Of a stretch of DNA of 64,000 nucleotides, positions 57,869 through 64,000 are shown piece by piece. Under the pieces are notes generated by a model. The model made no database searches, was not told where the DNA came from, and was given only the letters and a program-made list of their open reading frames with translations. The position numbers were made by a program, and so were the translations under genes. The stretch is from an uncultured Clostridia bacterium. Lineage in GTDB: Bacteria > Bacillota > Clostridia > Oscillospirales > CAG-272. Where the stretch lies: contig CANPZU010000009.1 of the NCBI GenBank assembly GCA_947588825.1, positions 40-64,039 on the forward strand, given 5' to 3'. Each line of letters begins with the position of its first letter. Position 1 is the stretch's first letter.

Positions 57869-59035
57869 ATGAATATTTACGAAGCTGATAAAGAATATAT
57901 AGCACACACATATGCGCGTTTTCCTTTGAACATCGTTTCGGGTAAGGGTTCCCTTGTTTACGATGAAAACGGAAAAGAATATATCGATCTTGGAAGCGGT
58001 ATCGCCGTAAACACTTTTGGCTTGTCGGATGAAAGCTGGGTAAACGCCGTAAAAGCGCAGCTTGACGCTTTCCAGCACACTTCAAATCTTTACTACACTT
58101 CTCCCTGCGTTAAGCTTGCAAAGGAGCTTTGTATCCGCACGGGAATGAGCAAAGTCTTCTTTTCAAACTCGGGCGCGGAGGCAAACGAATGCGCTATCAA
58201 GGCGGCGAGAAAATATGCCGCCGATAAAAAAGGCGCGGATCATTACAAAATAATCACCCTTAAAAACAGTTTTCACGGCAGAACCATAACCACTCTTGCC
58301 GCAACGGGTCAGGAAGCTTTTCACGACAAATTTCTACCTCTCACCGACGGTTTTTTGTACGCAAGCGCAAATAATATAGACGATTTGAAAAACAAGGTAA
58401 GCACCGGAAATATTGCGGCCATTATGTTTGAAGTCGTTCAGGGCGAAGGAGGAGTTATACCCCTTGATAAATCTTTTGTAGAGGCGGCGAGCGAACTTGC
58501 CAAAGAAAATGATATTTTGCTTATTGCCGACGAGGTGCAAACGGGTAACGGAAGGTGCGGTAAGCTTTACGGATATATGAATTATGGCATAACTCCCGAT
58601 ATAATCAGCACGGCAAAAGGACTTGGCGGCGGCTTGCCGCTCGGAGCAACGCTTATTTCGAAAAAACTTGAGGACGTTTTTTCATACGGCGATCACGGCT
58701 CTACTTTCGGAGGAAACCCGGTGTGCTGCGCGGGAGCGCTCAATATTCTCTCTCGAATAGACGACCGTCTTCTTGAAGAGGTCAACAGAAAATCAAAGCT
58801 TATTATCGACACTCTCAGTAATTCAGACGGAATAATAAGCGTCACGGGTATGGGACTCATGCTTGGCATAGAGTGCGCCCGCTCCGCTTCGGACGTGATA
58901 GATGATTGCCGCAAAAACGGAGTACTTGTGCTGAAAGCAAAAAACAAGGTCCGTTTGCTCCCTGCGCTCAACATTCCAAATACGCTGCTCCTAAAGGCTC
59001 TTGACGTGATCAAAGACGCCTGCAAAATCAAATGA
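57869..59035 (+). CDS. argD: Acetylornithine aminotransferase
   Basis: A class-III aminotransferase with [19 protein letters not shown] and a PLP lysine context STAKGLGGG. Confidence 0.9.
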   Translation: MNIYEADKEYIAHTYARFPLNIVSGKGSLVYDENGKEYIDLGSGIAVNTFGLSDESWVNAVKAQLDAFQHTSNLYYTSPCVKLAKELCIRTGMSKVFFSNSGAEANECAIKAARKYAADKKGADHYKIITLKNSFHGRTITTLAATGQEAFHDKFLPLTDGFLYASANNIDDLKNKVSTGNIAAIMFEVVQGEGGVIPLDKSFVEAASELAKENDILLIADEVQTGNGRCGKLYGYMNYGITPDIISTAKGLGGGLPLGATLISKKLEDVFSYGDHGSTFGGNPVCCAGALNILSRIDDRLLEEVNRKSKLIIDTLSNSDGIISVTGMGLMLGIECARSASDVIDDCRKNGVLVLKAKNKVRLLPALNIPNTLLLKALDVIKDACKIK

Positions 59036-59049
59036 AAAGGAGAAATAAT

Positions 59050-60033
59050 ATGAACCTCAAAGGAAGAGATTTTCTTAAACTGCTTGACTTTACAAGCGAG
59101 GAAATTAATTATCTTTTGGAGCTTGCAAAAAGGCTCAAGGAAGAAAAGAAGGCCGGAACGCCTCATAGAATACACGAGGGAAAAAACATTGCGCTTATCT
59201 TTGAAAAAACAAGCACAAGGACGCGCTGTGCCTTTGAGATTGCCGCGCGCGACCTCGGCATGGGCGTTACATATCTTGATCCCAACGGATCTCAGATCGG
59301 CAAAAAGGAAAGCATAGCGGATACCGCGAGAGTTCTTGGCAGAATGTTTGACGGGATAGAATACCGCGGATACGGCCAGTCGATCGTCGAAGAGCTTGCA
59401 AAGTATTCCGACGTTCCTGTTTGGAACGGACTGACAGATGAATTTCACCCCACCCAAATACTTGCCGATTTTCTTACCATAAAGGAGCATTTCGGTTATC
59501 TTAAGGGTATAAATTTCGTATACATGGGCGACGCGCGCTTTAATATGGGCAATTCGCTTATGGTCGGCTGCGCCAAAATGGGGCTGAACTTTACTGCCTG
59601 CGCTCCGAAGCGGTTTTTCCCCTCTCCCGACCTGGTAGACGTTTGCAAAAGACTCGCCTTGCAAAGCGGTGCATCCATTAAATTTGAAGAGAACCCGCAC
59701 GAGGCGGTAAAGGAAGCTGACGTCATTTACACGGACATATGGGTATCAATGGGCGAATCTGAGGATGTTTGGAAAGAGCGAATTGAACTGCTTTCCCCGT
59801 ATCAGGTAAACTCGGCGCTTATGAAGGAAGCGAGAGAGAACGCTGTGTTTATGCATTGCCTTCCCTCATATCACGATCTAAACACCGAAATAGGACGCGC
59901 CATGGGTGAAAAATTCAAACGCGATTGTATGGAAGTGACCGACGAGGTATTTGAAAGTCCTGCTTCGATAGTTTTCGACGAGGCGGAAAATCGTATGCAC
60001 ACCATAAAGGCCGTTATGGCTGCGACACTTTGA
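59050..60033 (+). CDS. argF: Ornithine carbamoyltransferase
   Basis: [17 protein letters not shown], the DxxxSMG-type DIWVSMGE and HCLP are present. The start is MNLKGRDFL. Confidence 0.92.
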   Translation: MNLKGRDFLKLLDFTSEEINYLLELAKRLKEEKKAGTPHRIHEGKNIALIFEKTSTRTRCAFEIAARDLGMGVTYLDPNGSQIGKKESIADTARVLGRMFDGIEYRGYGQSIVEELAKYSDVPVWNGLTDEFHPTQILADFLTIKEHFGYLKGINFVYMGDARFNMGNSLMVGCAKMGLNFTACAPKRFFPSPDLVDVCKRLALQSGASIKFEENPHEAVKEADVIYTDIWVSMGESEDVWKERIELLSPYQVNSALMKEARENAVFMHCLPSYHDLNTEIGRAMGEKFKRDCMEVTDEVFESPASIVFDEAENRMHTIKAVMAATL

Positions 60034-60122
60034 CAAGGTATAATTCAATAATTTCAATTATTTCAATAATTCAGTAATCGACACAATAAAAACAGCCGTG
60101 CAGCTGCGCTGCAAAAGTAAAT

Positions 60123-60158
60123 AAAGCTCTGATCTTATAAAAAAACAGAGCTTTTTTC
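60123..60158 (+). terminator. Terminator after argF
   Basis: AAAGCTCTG-loop-CAGAGCTTTTTT. Confidence 0.75.
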
Positions 60159-60182
60159 TATATTTTAACACCGATTTAATTT

Positions 60183-60824
60183 TTATTTGAAATAAATCCC
60201 AAGGTCTCTCTCCCTTAACAAGTTTGCTTCTTTCCCGTTTTTCATTCGGTCGCATTTTATAACTCTTTTTACGGTGTATCTCAAAATAATAAAATCGGAG
60301 GCAAAGCAGAGATTTTCCGCATATATCCTGTCAAGCTCCGCTTTTTCATTATCGCTTATGACCTCCCTTCCGCACACTTGTGCAAGGCCTGTTATTCCCG
60401 GTCTTAGCCTGTATACATTGTACTTGCGGCGAAGCTTGTTAAGAAGGAGCTCTTCCTTTATCACGGGCCGAGGGCCTACAAGGCTCATGTCCCCAAGCAA
60501 GACGTTAAAAAGTTGTAGTGTTTCGTCAAGCGAGGTCTTTCTCAGCAGTCTGCCCACGCGGGTCAGGTAATCCTTTTCAAATATAAAATCCTTTTTAGGA
60601 ATATTGTGCGGCGCGTTTTTCCTCATTGTCCTAAACTTATAACATGTGAAGCTCCTTCCGAACCTTCCTATCCTCTTTTGACAAAAAACAGGCGAGCCCG
60701 GACTTTCAATTATAATAAAAAGAGAGATAAGTATAAAAAAAGGCATCCCGACCGTTATTAAAATAAGCGACAGTGAAAAATCAAGAAACCTTTTTAACTT
60801 TTCGTATCTTTTATTTGCGTACAC
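60183..60824 (-). CDS. Polyprenyl-phosphate sugar-phosphate transferase (bacterial sugar transferase family)
   Basis: One N-terminal TM helix is followed by SPGSPVF.Q.R.G..G..F...KFRTM, DE.PQL.NVL.G.MS.VGPRP and L.PGITG.AQV. Confidence 0.9.
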   Translation of the reverse strand: MYANKRYEKLKRFLDFSLSLILITVGMPFFILISLFIIIESPGSPVFCQKRIGRFGRSFTCYKFRTMRKNAPHNIPKKDFIFEKDYLTRVGRLLRKTSLDETLQLFNVLLGDMSLVGPRPVIKEELLLNKLRRKYNVYRLRPGITGLAQVCGREVISDNEKAELDRIYAENLCFASDFIILRYTVKRVIKCDRMKNGKEANLLRERDLGIYFK

Positions 60825-60978
60825 CGAGCTTATATCCTTTCAAACACAATCAAATAATAAAATAATAAAATAATCAAATAATCGGATTTTGTATCTAAAA
60901 TTATTCCCCAATTCATGATATTTTAATATATTTCGATTATAATTAGTGTAATACAAGCCGAAAGGACATATACCGTTA

Positions 60979-62124
60979 ATGGCAAACAAAAAAACATCTA
61001 TAGGCGGTCAGGCGCTTATTGAAGGAATAATGATGCGCGGACCGGAAACTACCGCAATGGCGGTGCGAAACGCGAGCGGAAAAATCATTCTTGAAAAAAG
61101 CGCGACCAAAACCAATATACCTAAGATCCTGAAGCTGCCGATAATACGCGGAGTATACGGGATGATATCCTCATTTACCACAGGTTACAAGTATCTTATG
61201 CGCTCGGCGGACATTTCTCTTGCCGACGCCGAGCAGGAATTGAAAAAAGACAGCGATGCCAAAAATGCGGGCGGTACTGATGCTATTTCTGTTTCAGAGT
61301 CGCCGGTATCCGAACCGGAACTTGCAGACAAGCCTGTATCCGAACCGGAACTTGCAGGTGAGAATGCTCGCGATACTCAAAGCGCCGAGCCCACTAAGAC
61401 CGCGAGCGACACCGTCGCGACGCCCGAAAACACTTTAAACAGCATAGAGAAAAATGATAATACGCCGACCACATCCGAAAACAAGCTTCTGCTTACTATA
61501 ACCATGGTTATAGGTGTTGTGCTCGGAGTAGGACTTATGATCTTTTTGTTTATACTAATACCCTCGTTTGTCGCAAAATTTTTTATTCCAGGTGAGCAGA
61601 CATCGCTTACAGGCACACAATCAATACTGCGCAGTGCGATCGAGAGTATAATTAAAATATCACTTCTTGTGCTTTATATGTGGCTCGTTTCATTTATGAA
61701 GGATATTAAACGCACCTTTATGTACCACGGCGCCGAGCACAAAACGATATTTTGCTATGAGAAGGGTCTTCCTCTAACTGTTGAAAATGTGCGAAAACAA
61801 AAACGTTTTCACCCGAGATGCGGCACCTCATTTCTCATTCTCATGCTTCTTGTGGGATTTTTTATCGGTTTGTTCATTAGATTTGAAAACGTTTTTCTCA
61901 GATCGCTTTTAAAACTTGCTCTGCTGCCCATTACCGTCGGAATCGGTTATGAGCTTATAAAATTTGCGGGCAGACACGATAACATATTGACTAAAATAAT
62001 TTCCGCTCCGGGCGTATGGCTTCAGCATATTACGACAAGAGAGCCCGATGACGGCATGATTGAATGCGCCATAGCGGCAATGAACGAAGTCATTCCCGAA
62101 GATAGCGAAAAGGACAATTGGTAA
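60979..62124 (+). CDS. DUF1385-family membrane protein with a low-complexity insertion
   Basis: IGGQALIEGIMMRGP, a C-terminal half with YHGAEHK, RFHPRCGTSF and GVWLQHITTREP, and a ~90-aa acidic/Thr/Pro-rich insert are present. Confidence 0.8.
   Translation: MANKKTSIGGQALIEGIMMRGPETTAMAVRNASGKIILEKSATKTNIPKILKLPIIRGVYGMISSFTTGYKYLMRSADISLADAEQELKKDSDAKNAGGTDAISVSESPVSEPELADKPVSEPELAGENARDTQSAEPTKTASDTVATPENTLNSIEKNDNTPTTSENKLLLTITMVIGVVLGVGLMIFLFILIPSFVAKFFIPGEQTSLTGTQSILRSAIESIIKISLLVLYMWLVSFMKDIKRTFMYHGAEHKTIFCYEKGLPLTVENVRKQKRFHPRCGTSFLILMLLVGFFIGLFIRFENVFLRSLLKLALLPITVGIGYELIKFAGRHDNILTKIISAPGVWLQHITTREPDDGMIECAIAAMNEVIPEDSEKDNW
61303..61362 (+). repeat. 2 x 30-nt tandem repeat inside the DUF1385 gene
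   Basis: GTATCCGAACCGGAACTTGCAG occurs at 61306-61327 and again at 61336-61357. It encodes PVSEPELA twice. Confidence 0.9.
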
Positions 62125-62145
62125 AACATAAAAACCGTTTAAGAT

Positions 62146-62180
62146 TAAGAGCCGAACTCGTTTTTCGTTCGGCTCTTAAG
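62146..62180. terminator. Bidirectional terminator between the DUF1385 gene and the COG0523 pair
   Basis: TTAAGAGCCGAAC-tcgtttttc-GTTCGGCTCTTAA, with T-rich flanks. Confidence 0.8.
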
Positions 62181-62198
62181 TATTTTAATTTGTTTTTA

Positions 62199-63140
62199 TC
62201 AGTAGAATGTGGCTACCTGTTGCTCCGGCGGCGTCGATTTTTCGACCGTCAAGGCGCTGAGCAAAGGTCCCTTCCCTTCGTACAAAGGATCGTACGCGAA
62301 GTTAAACCGCGCGGTGACTATCACCCAATCCTTGGTTTTTATCTTTTCGGCGTCTTTCCATTTGCAGACTATCCCGCAGTATGTTATATCCTCGACACAG
62401 CAGGTCATAATATGTCTGCCTACCGCGAATTTACCTTTTGGAATAGTCGCTTCTTTTGAACAAATGCCCTTGAAGCGCAGAGTTTTGCCTTCATATTTTC
62501 CGGGGTCCTCGCTCATGTCGCGATACCAAATTGCAAAATGTTTGTCGGCAATATCGACGATATCCGCGTCAATATCAAAAGGCAGCGGGTCTTCTATGTC
62601 GTCATAGACGAATTCGCCGTCAAGCATTTCATATGCTATCGTAACCTTTGCATTTACCGAACGTACTATTTTGTGAAACTCTTCCTTGTCGACGTCGTTT
62701 TTCGCCCTGTTGAAGATCACTATTTCACAGGTCGACAGCTTATCCACAACGAGCTGACGCATATTGGCATTGTACGATAGAAAGGTATTTGCATCGGCAA
62801 ACATCATCTCTTGATAAACCATCCAGTTATCGGGCATATGCCTGTAGAGAGTATTGAGCATCCACATGCCATTGTACTCGATCATTATTCTCTCCGGTTT
62901 GTGTTTTCTCTCAAGAGCGGAAAGCTTTTTCGCGTTGAAATCCGACTCGTTTTCGATGTACTCTATCGCCACGTTACTCCCTTTAAATACAGAGACATCA
63001 TACTCCTCAATTCCTTCCTCGCAAACGATAACAAGAAATTTTTCGCCTGTGTTGAAGTTGTCGTCAAGCAGAGTATCTACTATCATTTTGGTTTTACCGG
63101 ATTCGAGAAATCCGGTAAAAAGATATACGGGCATCTCCAT
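62199..63140 (-). CDS. CobW-like P-loop NTPase domain fused to a DUF1980-like Cys-rich C-terminal domain
   Basis: The N-terminus YLFTGFLESGKTKMI...FLVIVCEEG resembles COG0523 but lacks a CxCC motif. The C-terminus RHIMTCCVEDITYCG...DWVIV...PPEQQVATFY resembles the DUF1980/TIGR03943 C-terminal domain. Confidence 0.7.
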   Translation of the reverse strand: MEMPVYLFTGFLESGKTKMIVDTLLDDNFNTGEKFLVIVCEEGIEEYDVSVFKGSNVAIEYIENESDFNAKKLSALERKHKPERIMIEYNGMWMLNTLYRHMPDNWMVYQEMMFADANTFLSYNANMRQLVVDKLSTCEIVIFNRAKNDVDKEEFHKIVRSVNAKVTIAYEMLDGEFVYDDIEDPLPFDIDADIVDIADKHFAIWYRDMSEDPGKYEGKTLRFKGICSKEATIPKGKFAVGRHIMTCCVEDITYCGIVCKWKDAEKIKTKDWVIVTARFNFAYDPLYEGKGPLLSALTVEKSTPPEQQVATFY

Positions 63141-63185
63141 ATCTAATATTTACCTTCTTCCTTTAGAGTGCTAAAGTGCGTTTTT

Positions 63186-64000
63186 TCAGATGTTGACGCC
63201 AAAAAGCTTTGCTATCTCCTTTTTGTTTATCTTTGATCCTATAACGCATACTCTGCCTATAAGCGATGCGCTGCCGTATCTGACGTTGGTTTCTTTTGGT
63301 ATATAGTCGAAATGGATCCACCTTCCGTCGTCTCCCGAGACTATACCTTTGGCTCTTAGAACCGTTCCGAACCTTTCGGAGTCGTCAAGCGCCGTAAGAA
63401 TATTTTTGATTTGTTCTTCGGTAAAGCTTGACGCGGTTTCGATGCCCCAGCTGTCAAATATCTCGTCGGCGTGATGATGGTGGTGGTGTTCGTGCTCATC
63501 CCCATCGTGATGGTGGTGGTGATGCTCATCCTCGTCCTCGTCCTCATCATGATGGTGATGATGCTCGTCCTCGTCCTCGTCCTCATCATGATGGTGATGA
63601 TGCTCATGCTCATCTTCATCGTGATGGTGGTGATGTTCCTCCTCATCCTCATCATGATGATGGTGATGCTCGTCCTCATCCTCCATGCCCTCCTCAAGCA
63701 GCTTTGCAAGCTCGTTTGCAAGAGTGCTCTTTTGTTCAATCGCCTCAAGCAGCTGCGAGCCGGTGAGCTTATCCCAAGGGGTAGTCACGATCACGGCCTT
63801 GTCATTGTGCGCCCTTAAAAGCTCGACGCACTCGGATATCTTTTTTTCAGATGCGGTCTGAGTATGGCTGAGAATAACGGCGCTGGCGTTTTCTATCTGA
63901 TCGATATAAAACTCGCCGAAATTTTTCAGATACATTTTGCATTTGTTTACATCCGCCACAGTTGTGAAACCGTTGAGCCTCACTTTGTCGGTCATGACCT
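63186..64000 (-). CDS. COG0523 (CobW/ZigA-like) G3E GTPase with giant His/Asp/Glu-rich insert; N-terminus outside the window
   Basis: The frame stays open to the window edge. LNGFTTVADV...QIENASAVILSH fits the GTPase-domain distal part. Five H4-H6 blocks are interleaved with D/E runs, and a CobW_C-like end LRAKGIV......I.FDY follows. Confidence 0.85.
   Translation of the reverse strand, partial: VMTDKVRLNGFTTVADVNKCKMYLKNFGEFYIDQIENASAVILSHTQTASEKKISECVELLRAHNDKAVIVTTPWDKLTGSQLLEAIEQKSTLANELAKLLEEGMEDEDEHHHHHDEDEEEHHHHHDEDEHEHHHHHDEDEDEDEHHHHHDEDEDEDEHHHHHHDGDEHEHHHHHHADEIFDSWGIETASSFTEEQIKNILTALDDSERFGTVLRAKGIVSGDDGRWIHFDYIPKETNVRYGSASLIGRVCVIGSKINKKEIAKLFGVNI
63525..63602 (-). repeat. 2 x 39-nt near-perfect tandem repeat in the His-rich coding region
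   Basis: Units 63525-63563 and 63564-63602 differ at one base. Each encodes DEDEDEDEHHHHH. The wider degenerate repeat zone spans about 63471-63682. Confidence 0.9.

Noticed and set aside
58693-59700. 335-aa ORF on the minus strand
   Set aside because: It is antisense to the argD 3' end and the argF 5' half. It has no SD and no recognisable motifs. It is a shadow ORF.
63356-63818. Three alternative-frame ORFs (130, 112 and 115 aa) over the His-rich repeat
   Set aside because: They arise because the GAT/GAG/CAT repeat is open in several frames. Only the minus-strand frame continues into CobW-like flanking domains.
1-64000. CRISPR arrays, rRNA genes, retron/DGR reverse transcriptases
   Set aside because: Reading through all intergenic regions, I found no regularly spaced direct repeats, no rRNA-like conserved blocks and no RT-motif (YxDD) ORFs.

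Overview
The gene content (PrkC/PrpC, CwlD, SleB-type hydrolase, IorAB, GlnRS plus GluRS) points to a spore-forming Clostridia chromosome, probably Oscillospiraceae/Ruminococcaceae-like. This taxonomic call is an inference. Most of the window is conserved housekeeping. It includes eno, rlmN-prpC-prkC, lepA-hemW, pgi, a gltX-glnS operon, rpiB-tsaB-tsaE, fhs, radA and cwlD. It also carries a Xer-type recombinase, carD, an acyl-CoA ligase/iorAB/thioesterase cluster and argCJBDF. I found one tRNA-Val(GAC) and no rRNA genes or CRISPR arrays. Mobile-element debris occurs at three places: a partial IS110-family transposase at the left edge, a decayed IS200/IS605 tnpA at about 34.7-35.06 kb, and a group II intron D5/D6-like scrap at about 36.3 kb. 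The last two flank the most unusual part of the window, a roughly 5-kb AT-richer islet at 35.1-39.8 kb. This islet holds two diverged, oppositely oriented paralogs of a ~360-aa protein I cannot assign to a family. The paralogs bracket a SAM-methyltransferase and an HExxH protein. The three-gene operon (paralog A2, methyltransferase, HExxH protein) has a consensus promoter buried in a 44-bp palindrome, divergent from a small XRE regulator. Other notable items are a LytTR regulator with a sensor-less GHKL kinase and a heterodimeric ABC exporter, and a poly-A frameshift at the start of a SleB-type hydrolase gene. There is also a tandem COG0523 (CobW-like) pair, one copy with a very large His/Asp/Glu repeat and the other fused to a DUF1980-like Cys domain. 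Every family assignment comes from motif recognition by eye, and no database search was run.
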